Assembly (NCBI GenBank): GCA_965649765.1
Contig: OZ287751.1
Span: 65,720,001 to 65,784,000, forward strand
Source: Bispira polyomma
Lineage: Eukaryota
Direction: 5' to 3'
DNA: 64,000 nucleotides
The notes below the pieces were generated by a model. That model searched no databases and was not told the DNA's origin. It worked only from the letters and a program-made list of their open reading frames with translations. Every line of letters begins with the position of its first letter. Position 1 is the stretch's first letter. Shown here piece by piece: positions 1 to 13,215 of this stretch. Both the position numbers and the translations under genes were made by a program.

Positions 1-3000
1 GGCTGTTTCTCACCCTTTTCTAGCTGTATTAACACCGAATTACAAATGAATCGTCACTGGAACAGAATCATTATGTATTCCAAATATGAAAGCTGAAATC
101 CTTGTAAGTTCTGAGATTACCCTGTCTACAGAATTTGACGATGATATAACCATGGTTACTACCTTTCTTCCACTATAAGCATTGGCATAATCATGCAAAA
201 ACTTTATTTTATGAACCATCTATTATCCAACCAAAATCATGCTCTCTTTTTGGTGTTCGGAAAGTAGAACTATTTTACACAGATACATTATACAATCAGA
301 CCTGATGTACATGTAATAATGTACTTGCATAGATTTATTTATTTATTAAGATATAACATTCAAATTAAGTCGATGTCTACAATCTGTGTGTCTCATTTTC
401 ATGGATGACATATAATGGGATATTAGTAAGTCAAACAGAACCATATCAATGTATATATTTGTGTAATCTATCTATCTATCTAAACAAAAACATATCCTCA
501 TAACTTTACAAAGGTCCACATAGAAATACTGTAGTTATATTTTTTTTCTTTGAAGACTTTTTCTATATGTACATTGTATAGTTTTTACAAATACAGCTCT
601 GAATATCTCTCTCTAACATTACCTGTATCAATGTAACCTAACCTTTAGTAACATTATACTTTAATGGATTTACCTCTCAATTCACCCTAAAGATATAATC
701 ATTTAGCCCAGGTATTTCATAATTGACCCGATAGTTTACAATAATCCTTTGAGAATAAAGGAATGCTCTTGTTATAACCTATATCCCCCCCCCCCCCAAG
801 TTCCTGTATGAAAACAGTTGAAATTTTTAAACTAAAGACGACATTCTCAGATGATAGCCCATCCTACTATGCTGTTTCTAAAGTCTGTGTTAAAACCCCA
901 TAGACTTTACAGAGAGAACTTATGGTATTTATAATTATGTACCCATGGTATTTATGATCAAACGTTGCACTCTTCACTTTAATAATGGCTTATCATAGCT
1001 GTCATAACACGATAATAGGCTACTGCCTACTGGTATCTACGCACTGTGTGTACCATAGCTGGTGTGTGACATTTGGGACAAGGAACATTCATGGGGAAAT
1101 CTTGCTGCAGACTATAATTTTAGGCAGCAGTTTGTTTTAAAAGTAAATACTAAGTTGAATCTTAGATTACCAGGGCTGATTATTTTTAGATTATTGACAA
1201 AGATTCTTATTCCTAGACATCTATTTCAACTAATTTGATTGGCTGGAAATATTTTTTTCTAAACAATTTCATTGGCCGAGCCTGAAAAAATTCTAACAAT
1301 GTTTGTGAATATGGTCCCATGGCTTGTGATTTTTTTTTTTTTTGCTTAGAAACAACTTCAGCTCACACATGTTGGCCCCATGTGGAAGTCTTGTTAAGAT
1401 ATTGAGGACATTTAGGGTAAAGTGAATTAAACACATGGACCTTAGAAATGGGATACTTTCAAACGTGACCAATTATTTAACTTATATATATATCTATATA
1501 GATATATATATATCTAAGTACACCTAGCTAGAAGTCATCAAGTGGGTTTGAGACTATACAAAATGGCTATAGACGTTTAGATGTATGAGTTAAATGACTT
1601 GTACAGTAGCAATTAGGTTTCCCTGACAAAAGCCATTCCACTGAAATCTTATTGATTTGAAATACCAAATGATGGTAACTAATTTACAGTCTTGTATTAA
1701 ACTCTTGTTAAAACTCAAACATAAGACATGGGGAAAAAATAGTACTAATTAAAAACAAACTATGCTTTGAAACAAGAAGTAAAGTCTTGTATTTCTGTTT
1801 CCTCTCAGTTTTCTATCTACTACCACAAAGATGTAGCATCCTATTAAGTTATAGAGTTTCAGTCATAACTGAAATAAATTGATAGCCTTGCTTTAGGCTC
1901 AAATCCCTCACAATTGGTTTTATTTTGAACTTGAATTTAGTTAGGTTTTACGTCGCTTTCAACAGCTTAGGTCATATTTCGATGGCCAGATTTAATGGTG
2001 GTTGAAACCATTGCTGACTATTTCCGAGTTTTGCTGAATAACTACTGCATATCTCTTCCATCCCAATTATTGACTGTTTCCGCCCATTTCTGACTATTTC
2101 TGGGTGCTTCCATTACAATACTGTAAGTCTTCTGTTCCCGTGTTTTTCCATCTATAAAACTGGACAAGTTGGGGGGGAGGGGGTATATTTCACTTAGATG
2201 GAACAGCCGATTTAATAGGCGAAAAGACAAGTGAAAAGACACAGTGTGTAAAGTATCTTCTGCTACCTTCTTGTACCGCCTACCTTACAATCAATATGTG
2301 AATAGTGCATAATACAAACAATTCTATAGCCTTAGACAAGGTTAGAAAGGTGCACTAAAAATACTGATATAGATACATAATATATATATGCATATGTATC
2401 TGTCTGTAAGAGACAGGGTATGTTCCTTTAAAAGTACCTGTTTATACCCTATTCAAAGTTACTTCCTCCAATTAGCTGCCACAATGGCATAAACCATTTT
2501 CTCTCCGGTCACCTGATTGATTTACTTGACAAATTCTATGAGATGGCGGGAGGAGATATGGCAGGAAATCAGCTAAAACTACACGGCAGATTTCTTGTTT
2601 TTTTCCTATAATATCCTATTTTTTACCCCCTTTTCATTTCCTGATTTCTCTCAATAGCAGGGACTAAAACACTAAGAGAGAAGAGGCATAAAATAACACG
2701 GCAATAAAAAGTGTTCATCAACAGGGTCGAAAGAACGAACTGCTGGCTAACAAACTGGAAACATTCACAGACATTTTACTGCAGTTTGATCTTGAGTACA
2801 GTTGAACGAATCCCCTTTAAGTAGAACCTCAAATACCATAGGGAAATAATACCTCTAATTAAGCAGGATTTCCATTTAACTGTGTATTTTTTAAAAGAGA
2901 AGGCTTTTATGGGACTCCAAATCTTTCTCCACATAAAACAAAATTGAATTAACAGATTTACATTTATTAAAGGGGTTGACTGTCCATTATTTTGTAACTT

Positions 3001-4863
3001 TTTACTGTGATAGATTTTAAAATGACTAGGCTTATGTGGAGGGGGGGGGGGGGGGACTAATTTTTTTCTCCAAATAAATCGGAAATACACTTTTATCAAA
3101 GTTTTACAAAAAGGCTGTTTGACGCAAAAAAAAACAACAAATCGCTGTATCGGGGGCGGGGGTATAGTAGGAGCGATGGTCCATAGCTGTAAAAAAAAAA
3201 CCCAGTCCAACATCAACCTATTTTCACTGAACAAATTCAAGAATTTTCCATAACTAACCCTGTCTATATGCAGTAAACCTCTTTTATCCAAACATATTGG
3301 GAGGATAATAGTTAAGAGCAGAGGGTTTTCTCTGTATAAAGCAGTAGGAAAACATCAACCAGGGGGAGTGGATATCATTTTGAAAAAGTTGGCAATACTT
3401 CCGACTCCAAAAAAACACTTTGGATATTGTGTAAAAAACGCAATAGAATTAAAGGAAAGATAAGTAATTATTCATTTTACTCATATTCATAGTCTAATTT
3501 TTAATTGTGAAACGTGTCCCGAGTTAACCGTGCTGTGGACACGTTGTGCGTGCCCCGAGCATTGCCGTAAAACATATTTACAGTTCACCAAATACAAATC
3601 ACACTCAAAGGGAACTTCTCAAAGAAGTATAAAGTATTGTATCTTCAAAGCTTATGAAGGGGGAGCATCCAGTACTTGATTTTCTTCCATCTTTTCTTCA
3701 CAGGTGGAGAAGGGAGTTGCTTTTTCCCACACAACCTCTTAATGAGGGGACAGATGTCAATACTTTCCTCTCTTTTTGATCTAGCTGGGGGTGAGCTGAT
3801 ATATACTGACTAGTGGTCCAGGGATCTTATGCTTAGGTCCCACTGTCGCAAATTTTGATAGCGAATGTCGGCGAACCTGAAATTCTTCCGGGTCCAGGCA
3901 GAAGCCAATTCCACCTGATAATTTGTCATTCTTCCCTATTCTCCATCCCACACGGTGGAGCTACAAGAACGTCAAACAGTTTGACATTCTCACCATCTTC
4001 TGTTTCCACCCAAAATTTGGCCATGGTTAGTAGCAGCTTCTTTGAAGTGGTAGCCTCCTTGTACAGATATTCACCTATCTCGTCTATCTTCTCTCTTTAA
4101 AATGTCTTGTTAACACATATGCAAATGTTAAGTGTGAATCTTGGTGAACCTAAAATTCGTCCTAGTTGTTAGGCAATTGCTCGCGATTCTTCCCTATTCT
4201 CCATCCCTCGCTTATCTCCATAACAAATTTCCTATCCATTAAAGTGTATTATTAGACCCTCATAGTGGAGTCAGCTCTACCATCGTAATTTATTGGTGGA
4301 TAGTCGCTGACATAATAAAAAAGTTAAAAAATGTCTCGCCCATTCCTGGAGAATGATGAATAATCAAAATTCTCGTTCATTCACCAACATTCCCCGTCAC
4401 ATTCGCAGCACCCTCTTGTATGTGGGACCTAGGCATTATTACTGTATTTCTTTCCTTCTCCTTGATGAGCCAGAGAACTTGCCATGATCCCTCTCTGTGT
4501 GGACCCTCTTGATACATTCAGCCAATTGCTGTACAAATTGCCAGAGGCTAGGTTTTGCGTACTCTGTGATGTTTTTTGTGTTTGTTGTGTCTTCGTGGTA
4601 TGGTTATAATTGGTATGGTGACTGATGTGTGAAGACTTTCCAATCATTCTTCCCCCTCTCCCCCCCACATCATATTTTATGGGATGGGGGGGGGGGGTTT
4701 GAGGTACAGTAGGTGAGGGGGGGGGGGGGGGGGCATACCTTGACCTTGACCTCAAATGTCCCAAGTAAATTACAAATGGCTTAAATTGGACTACACAGTG
4801 GATAGAGTTCTTTCAGGCTGTTACAGTACAGAGACCTGATTGGTTTACATTGTGTACATTGCA

Positions 4864-5224
4864 GGGGTGGTATTCACAAAAGGGATTAAATCAGATCAAA
4901 TTTGAAAAAAAGATCATCTTTTTGGATCAGCTGGGCTGGTATTCACAAAATATTTGATCTGTTTGTTTTTTTTGATCAAATAATGGATTAACTTTGATCT
5001 ATCCAACTTGGTAGATTAACTTTGGATTAGCACAGATCAAATATGGCTGACATGAAATGTTTAGGGGAAGACAGATAAAAAAACAGATCAAATATTTTGA
5101 TCTTTTCAGATCAAGTGATCTTTGCTTTGTGAATACTATTTTGATCCAAGGATCACTTGAAACTTTTTTCTCAACTTTGAGATGATCTTGATCTGATCTT
5201 AATCCTTGTTTGTGAATACCGCCC
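4864..5224. mobile_element. MITE with ~35-bp terminal inverted repeats (Harbinger-like)
   Basis: Left ggggtggtattcacaaaagggattaaatcagatcaa; right ttgatctgatcttaatccttgtttgtgaataccgccc. Confidence 0.7.
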
Positions 5225-5832
5225 AAGCGGTGTAAATTTAATCTTTAACTATGTCCAAGGCTCTACAAACTACCCCACAGACTACTTCCGGCCTTTAATA
5301 ACTGCCTCACTTATCATTTTTAGACAGGGAAGTCTGCTGTATTCATAATTTCTATTGTTAGAAACTTACGGAAAATAAAACAATATTTTGGGGGTGTTGA
5401 CTGCTTGCCGACCGCCATAGGTTCTGGAAGTAACAATTTCCTTTGGCTCCTTGTCAACAATCTAGGGGTCAAAAGGGTCAGTAATCCTAGACCTTTTGCA
5501 TTTGTATTACAGGAGGGCATTATAACTCCTCTTTTTTTAATCACACTACTAAGTGTTTCTATGTGATGTAACATCCCCACTTCAACCAGTCCTATTTATT
5601 CAAGTAGTAAATAAATTGGTCTGTATCAACAATTGCAATGTAAGTTAACCCATTAAACCCATATTTTAAAGATAAAAGTGCTTAGTATTTAACAAAATCA
5701 TCCAGACGAAAAAAAATCATCAACACCCATGAAAAAACTTAACAATCGTTTGTTCAGTTATCGGTAAACTCCATGTCAGTTTTTAGAGTGGCCTGCTTCA
5801 TTATACTGCAACACAGAGGGGTCTGTTTTCAG

Positions 5833-8800
5833 CTGCTGTACTTTTACACCTTCTGTAAGGCTAGACTTGGCTATTTGCTGTCCATATTGTGCACTGATGT
5901 AATTAACGTTCTTCTGATACCAAATGTACCACTTGTCAGTTTGCATTCCTCCTGCTCATTACATAGTGTTTTCATCTTGTATATAGTAGCCACAGACTAC
6001 ACCCCTCTCTCCCCTCTCCCCCCTGTGAAGGATTGACAGCTGACTGCTGTGATTGACAGGCCCCGCCTCTATTTCATAATCCCCTGACCTGTTGGGGAGC
6101 CTCATTACTGTAAACCTAGACCAAATCCTGGGGACTAATTACCTATATAGCCCATGTGGCTCTTCAGGGAAAGAGCTTCTAGCTTATCCACTACCTTATT
6201 GTATTCAATGGCATTTTTGTGATTCCAGAAGTCACAGGGCCAATACACAGTTACATACATGCACTAGACTTGTTGACCTATGATTTCCTGCGGTAATCTA
6301 ACCAGAAAAACTAGATCATTTGGAATGATTACTGTTAGAGTAAGGAATCTAAATTTAGCCACTGAATCTGAAATTTGTCACATAGAAAATGTTGTGATTT
6401 TAGTAGAATTGGGGGTAATAGTTTGGTGAAATTGAGATTTTTGTGACTATTTTGCCTTACTTACCGGTACATAAATTCCTGTTATTTTTAGCTAGTTTTT
6501 ATTGATTTGACTTAAATTTTAGAGGTGGCGAATTTCAGATAGAGTGGCAAATTTTAGATTCTTTTATCCCCTGGGATGATTACCAGGAGATCAATTAATC
6601 ACATTATCAAATTTGTACACTTGTTATCTACAGAAAGAAATGCTACTTACCATAGCAGTCACAGTTTGATACAAAGGTTTATAGAGATAACCTTTTTCTC
6701 CCTATTTATCATATCTATTACTAGGCTACTGAGTATGTATGTGAGTATGACTTGTATTCTGACATTAGAACGTACACCAGCAGAATTATTAACACATCTG
6801 CAGCCATTATACTGAAAAGTGTTTTTAAATGTCAGCTGCATAGATAAAAAGAAGTGAACTCTTCCAGAATTATACAGTTACTTCTGTTTAAAATGAATAC
6901 AAGTAAAAAGAACTATCTATAAGATAACAATTAGCACTCTAATCTTTCTTGGTTAATTAACCCCATTGATGTGTGTAACCAACTTGATTATATAGTGGCT
7001 CTGATGACCAGTTACAATGGTGGTCATTCTATCTCTGGAACACTATCTCCATTGGCAAATTAAAGATCCTTGGGGACCTTGACAAATGGTCATCCTTAAG
7101 CAAGCCTAGGTGCCTATAGTGGCTGCCCATGAGGGAGCGAATTTGAAATTACTCTATGGTATATAAGTGCACTATAAGAAATGTTTTATTTCATTATAAA
7201 ATTCATGGATCTTTGAAAGAAAACATTTTCTTGGCTTCCCAAAGAGTTTCATCACTTCAAAATATCTTGAAATACTTGTTTTCCCTTTTTAAGTCGAAAC
7301 CTGAAGAGACCAGGAAGAATATCTTAACTTAAGCATGATTTTCTCTTTATAAGGGAGATTTGACAGGACAATGCCTTCATCAGACTGTAAATTCATCTTT
7401 ACATGTAGGGAAAATGACTTAACAGAGTTCTACTTAAGGGACTCCACTGAAAATATATTGCACCTGTATGATGACACTTCAATAATGACTTCATGTATAA
7501 TTTTTTTATAAGGGGGGAGTCTACTGACAATTTTCTATTGCAAGGAACTGAAGAGAAATATGTCTGCATGCGGGCAGGCATAGGCTCTGTGTGTCTATTA
7601 TTACACTAATGACTTTCAAGACCCATACTAATGTCCACTTATATTAACTATGAAAGACAACATCTTACTAGTAGTACACGTTTTTTTATTAGTGGAAATT
7701 TTAGGCAGAATAAAATTTTACTATTTTGAAGAAACTCACTGGCATTAAATTTCATTAATTGGCTTTTTTTCATGCTTGAATTCTATATATTTTACTACTT
7801 GCTTAAAAATTTATTTTTAAAAATCCAAGCTCTTGAGTTAAAATAGCTAAAATTACTCTCTAGTGAAAAGTTCTAGTGATACAGTAATCAAAGACTAGAC
7901 TCAGTTGACTCCAAACATAAATAGTGTGAATTCTGAAGACATTGGAAAACTCTAAGAGAAACATAATACACTTAGTTTCAATTACTTGACACAAATCAAT
8001 GAAACTGCACCAGAGATGAATTCTTTCAAATGCAAATGATCCTTTACAAATTATTACCGGTAAAAATAGGAACAGAATGTCTAAAACTGTAGTGTTCCCC
8101 TTGAAATGCAAACTTTTCACATTTTTTTATTTTACTTTTGACACATCTATAAGCTGCAGCAAGTCCTTAGACATATCATGCAGTTGCACAATGGACCTGT
8201 CTATTTATACCTTCACCAAGTTGATGACAGTATTCTAGTGCTTATTGCTTGGTGAAGCATTGATTTGGCATGATCAGGCTTATTTGGGCGTTTGGTGTTG
8301 GCCGTCAAATGTGCCCTTGTGAGTTTTTGTAACTTAAAATTGAAGTGTTTCATGTCATTAAACAAAACATACTTTCTTTTGTTTTCTTCATTTTCAAATT
8401 CAGTTCCTGGGTTTATATTCTCGGGTAAAATCCAAAAATTCCAGAGAGAGGCTTTCAATTTTTACTTCCATATATGGATATTGCCAACCAAAAATACCAC
8501 ACCACCTTTTCTTTGAGGAGACTTGGCGAAAATGAGGTCCAACCATTATCTAACATCAAATGCAAAATCTAGTTTAAGGAACATAACAGCACTATTGTTA
8601 AATTTGTAGTAAACCTTAATAAAGTCTCTCCCTTGCTAACACCCTACCATGTTACATCCTCCATAATTCTTAAGGGTGAGTTGAATTTGAATTTAGTTGG
8701 GGTTTAAGTCACTTTTAACAGTTTAGGTTCATCACGACGGCCAGATTTAACAGTGAAAAATCCCAGTACTGAAGCACTATAAACCACCGGTCTTTAGAAA

Positions 8801-10705
8801 AAAGAGGATTCAAACCCACACTGGTGAGAAACCAGTGATTATACAGTGCTTCTAATGACTAGGCCACCATGGCCCTTTATAGGTGAAGAAAACTGTGTGT
8901 GGCTAAACATGGGTTTGTTCAGGATTAAAGTATTAATTGTGTCTAATAAAATTACTGGTCAAGGTTAAATTTAGACATTTATGCATGCACATTGTACTTG
9001 ACTAGTCTGGGTTCTATTTATTTATCAGGTTATAATTACTGTTCTGGAGTCCGTTTCCATGGTTACATGTACCCAGTATTACTCTGTACTTGCAGGCTTT
9101 GCTTTCTAACAGCCTGGTGTTCTCAGGTTATAGTCACTGTTTTGGAGTATATATCACCATGGTTGCATGTACCCACTATGTCTTTGTACTTGCAGGCTTT
9201 GCTTTCTACCAGCCTGGTGTCCTCTTTGGACTACTCCTATGGTTCACCAAACACAATTGGGCCCTCTTCTCAAGTTTTGCCTCTCTACTGTTGTCAGGTG
9301 AGTGATTCATGTGACCTGTTCTACTAGGGATAATTAACATTTTAAAAATTTAGTTGGGTTTTATGTTGCTTTTAAAAGCTGAAGTCATATATCGCGTAGG
9401 TCAGATCCAATAGTAGAAGAAATCAGTACTGAAGCCAATGTGTAAACCACCTACCTACGGCAAGTACCTGACAAACTTTCCCACATGAAGGAACAAACAG
9501 GATTTAAACCCACATTAGTAATAGACTAGTAAATGTGAAGCAAGCACTTGTGATGACTAGGCCACCGCAGATAAAACCAGGTCACAATTCATAAAGCTTT
9601 TTTTGTAAAACTACCTGAAGGAATGCGTCATATCTGTAAGGCATAAAAACCTACTTCTAATCATTCATTTGTTATTTGCGAAATCTTTCATTATATTAAA
9701 ACTGCACTAACAAAACACAAATATTCTAGATATATTATGTATGGAAAGTTTAGTGTACTTTACAGCTGTTATTTTTCTATATTTTCTATACATTGTTTAC
9801 ACCTTTTCACAAACCCTGTTATCTGTCATAGTTTTGAGTGACTTAATACTTTTCTGATATGACAATTGATATATTTTGGAAAATTAATTATAATTTTGTG
9901 GTTGAATTTTTATATTTTTCAGTTATTGTCCTCACTACATCTATATATACATGTAAATATTTCAGTTATCTTACTTACATCTGCTATATATATATTTTTC
10001 AGTTTTAAATTTCTTTTCAATTATACTTTTCACTACATGTGCTACATATTTTTTTCAGTTATCTTCCACACTACATCTGCTGTATATTTCAGTTACATTG
10101 TCTTCACTACATCTATTATATACATTTTTCAGTTATCTTCCTCATAACATCTGCTATGTATATTTTTTGTTTTTCAGTTAACTTCCTTACTACATCTGCT
10201 GTATGTTTTTATCATTACAGTTATTTTCCTTGATTACCTAAGTTCTATATTTTTTTCAGGTATCTGAACTATTTGTTGTTGTTATTTTTAGTTATGTTAA
10301 TTATTTTTTGTTGTTTTTCCAGTCATACTCCTCACGACCTCTGTGATAATGAAAGCCCTCGCGGTGTGCCTTAACAACTGTGGTGAGGTGTACGACAACA
10401 CTAATAGACAATCCAACGCCCAGCCCAACCCCTTGCTAGCAGTACTAGGGATGACGCTCTGTCTCGCCACCACTGGCATGATCTGCCTCATGATCTCCTT
10501 CTGCCGCCGCCCCGAGAAGGAGCGGGAGGAAATCGAGCCACAGCAGAGCGATCTGCTCCAGCATCCGATGCACTACCAGTCAAGTCTGCCATACCACGAA
10601 GGTTACAAGAGACACAGTCCCACAGAAGGGACCTCCCTTAAGGAGATTCAAGAGATTCCCTTTCAAAGAAACGCATATAGCAAGGGGCTTCCCCAGAGGA
10701 TGTGA
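5833..10705 (+). CDS. 3' part of an unidentified multi-pass membrane protein gene, antisense to ANAPC2
   Basis: Exon 9196-9297 (tgcag/GTGAGT) and terminal exon 10323-10705 (long pyrimidine tract + AG, GC-richer than flanks) join in frame. A candidate 22-nt exon 5833-5854 (ttttcag/GTAAGG) fits the phase but is less certain. Product LLYFYTFCFAFYQPGVLFGLLLWFTKHNWALFSSFASLLLSVILLTTSVIMKALAVCLNNCGE...LLAVLGMTLCLATTGMICLMISFCRRPEKE... has about 3 hydrophobic helices and a polar tail. Start not found. Confidence 0.7.
6030..6070 (+). promoter_or_regulatory. Candidate cis-element: two PBX/PREP-MEIS-type sites plus a GC box
   Basis: GGATTGACAG 6030-6039, TGATTGACAG 6050-6059, GCCCCGCCT 6060-6068. Motif match only. 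Confidence 0.3.
6340..6573. mobile_element. Putative MITE
   Basis: Inverted repeats gaatctaaatttagccactgaatctgaaatt and aatttcagatagagtggcaaattttagattc. Confidence 0.5.
7000..7195 (+). mobile_element. SINE-like 3' fragment with a LINE-type tail
   Basis: Homologous to 29160-29365 (ctc.gatgacca.tta.aatggtggtc...ttaaagat.cttggggac...taagtgc.ctataa.aaatgt). Confidence 0.55.
8681..8876 (-). mobile_element. tRNA-derived SINE (family A)
   Basis: Same tail, core and head as 35030-35247. Confidence 0.75.
9058..9226 (+). repeat. 100-bp duplication of the acceptor and start of exon 9196
   Basis: catggtt.catgtaccca...tgtacttgcagGCTTTGCTTTCTA.CAGCCTGGTGT occurs at 9058 and 9158. Confidence 0.85.
9345..9570 (-). 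mobile_element. tRNA-derived SINE (family A)
   Basis: Same tail, core and head as 35030-35247. Confidence 0.75.
9905..10345 (+). repeat. Degenerate ~35-45 bp array resembling the acceptor and start of exon 10323
   Basis: Recurring tttttcag/ttatcttcctcactacatctg-like units resemble the real tttttccag/TCATACTCCTCACGACCTCTG. Confidence 0.7.
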
Positions 10706-10885
10706 GAACCGATCCGTAGGGGACCTCCCTCAAGAAGATTCAGAAGATTCCCTTCTAAAGGAACACATATATCAAGAGGCTTCCCCAGAGGATAGGAGAA
10801 ACAATCATAGGGGACTTCTCTCAAGGAGATATCCTTCCAAAGAAACACATATAATGCAAGGGGCTACTCCAGAGGATGCCAGAAA
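10628..10885 (+). repeat. Three ~92-bp copies spanning the nested gene's stop codon
   Basis: GGGACCTCCCT.AAG.AGAT...CCAGAGGAT starts at 10628, 10720 and 10811; TGA 10703-10705 lies in copy 1. Confidence 0.85.
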
Positions 10886-12994
10886 GTGAGCACAGGATGG
10901 AAAGTTAAAAAAAAAAATAATGGAATATCTGTTTTACCTAGAAAAAATTCCACACTTTGCAAAACTCAAAATCAAAGTTTATACTTTAGAAATATTACTT
11001 GATATGTCGAACAACGTTTTAGGGATTATTTTAGCATTAGTTATTGTATAAAACATCAAAATTATTAGGAAAATCAAAGTCAACTGCAACCCTTCGAGGA
11101 TGTGTTTGAGGATGCAGTACCATTTCTATTATCAACACACCTTGGCAAAAGCAAGATTTGGAACATTAATAAAAGCATCCAGGCATTTTCACTGGTAATA
11201 CTTAAGGTTTTACTGTATTAGCAAGGTTGTTTTTTAAAAACTTTTTTCTCAGTCATTATCACAATCATTAATCATGTGTGTATATATATATATATATATT
11301 CATCCCTTTCTTGCAAAGCATTTAGTCATTGTATGGTTAAAATATTCATGGAATGCAATAAATAATATATAAAGACTCCAATATTGTATTATGCATTTTT
11401 AATGAGCAACAACAGAATCAATTAACCAAATGAGAAGTCCAATACCATAGCCAAAGTCGTAAGGATGGATGTGGGGATGTACAGGAGGGAACTATGGGGG
11501 AAAAGCAGCTTTTAAGATATACATGTATGTCTGAAGTTTTCTCATCAAGCCAGAAAGTGTTTCTAGTGATCTAAGCTCAACTGGGAGACTATTCTAAAAT
11601 ATGGGGACAGCAATTGATATCAGCAGTATCAGTGTGAATTTTAAATGTGGATGTGAATGACAAAACCATACATAGCATCAAATATATATTCACAAACATT
11701 CTGCGAATATTATATTTTCTTAGTACATCAGCCAATCTGAGTCTTTAAAACAATATTTTCAGCCAATCAAATGGGTTGATGCTTGATATTACAGACTAAC
11801 ACCTTTTGTAAATACAGCCATTGGTGTATGCAGTAGGACTTTATGCAAACCTGAATGTGCTTTGTAGCTGAAATCTGTTTAGCCAAATCTAAAGGAACTC
11901 AAAAAAGATCTCCACTTCCAAGAGTATATCTAGTTAACAGGGAACAATATTTTTTTGCATATGTCTTGAATGGACCACAATCTGAATTAGGCTGACAATG
12001 CAATTTTTCACTTAAATGAGTTTTACTTTATAGGTAGGTGTCACTGTGTTTAGCATAGGTTGCAAATCTGGTCAAGTTTGACTTTAAAATCACCTTTAAC
12101 ATGTCTTGTGTCATGCCATGACAGGCACTTCACTGGTGGAGGAAATCAGAACAGGATAGTTGGCTTAGGTTTTTTTCTATTTTGCAAAACCAACAGTCTT
12201 CAGCAAGTCTACTGTCAACTTTCCCACATAGATACCAGGTCTAACTTAGTCGTAACACTAGTCTAAACTATTAAACACTGCCTACTGTTAGTCTTAGTGG
12301 TAAGAGCAGAAACCCTTTCCATTGGCACAGATCACTTTTAAGACTACAAAGTTTAAAGGGGAAAACCTGGTTAACAATCACTTGGAAAACTTCAGAACCA
12401 GTTGTTGGTGTCAGAGTTAATTTTTAAAAGTTTTCACTGTCTACACAATACTTGCAAGATTTACCGGGTAAATGAAATTTTTTTCATACTTTCTGAAGGA
12501 ATATCAACTGCGAAGTCCATCAGTCTTAAACAGTTGTGCTTTTATTCTGTGCTTTAATACACTCAACATAGTAAAGGGTCAGTGAATTTGTTTTTGCGTT
12601 TTAGTTTAACATTCTTCTGATTTAAATTTTTTTTAAGAACTGGTTCTAGTTTTTTGATAAACCATCAATCAGTCAAGGAAAGTCCACAGCCCAAAACTTC
12701 AGCTCTAAAGTATCAATACTTATTTGCTTTTCTTTACACCGATTCTGTATTTGTCACATTTTCCCTCTTCATAACTAACAACATCCCTCATCCACAAACG
12801 TGTTCAAAATACCACAGTCTCACAGCTCGCCCTTCCTCTCCCACCCTAAACCCCCCCCCCCCCCCCCCCCCACGCCCAGCAGGTGTTTTATAAATGTCCT
12901 AGCCCCCTTGTTTACTTGACTTCTGTACTAAAGAAATCAGAGATAGTATATTATCTACCCCCATCCAAATCCTAAGAGGGTCCCCCAGTCCAGA

Positions 12995-13215
12995 AACAAG
13001 AGTTGTCTGTTTAAAAACATACACAGATGCAGTGTGAATTACACTATAAGATTGATAAGGCACCCCTACAAATATTAATCTGAAACTCTTCAGATTCGAC
13101 AGATTGATGATCGCTTCTAACCAATCCATGAAGTCTTTGTATCTTATTTCGAAGATGGCAGCACTTTTTTCAGAATAAAAACATTTGGCTGGGCCTGATA
13201 AAAACGGGCTGCCAA
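12995..13215 (+). repeat. Dispersed repeat, also at ~35890-36105 and split across 46660-47050
   Basis: Shared acaaga..gttgtc.ttta.aaa...cagtgtgaa and gctt..aaccaat.catgaa...aagatgg. Confidence 0.55.

Noticed and set aside
2776-4764. ORFs and coding-like stretches at 2.8-4.8 kb
   Set aside because: Poly-Pro runs come from G homopolymers; the short open stretches (3925-4097, 4440-4560 minus) have no recognisable family or consistent splice sites.
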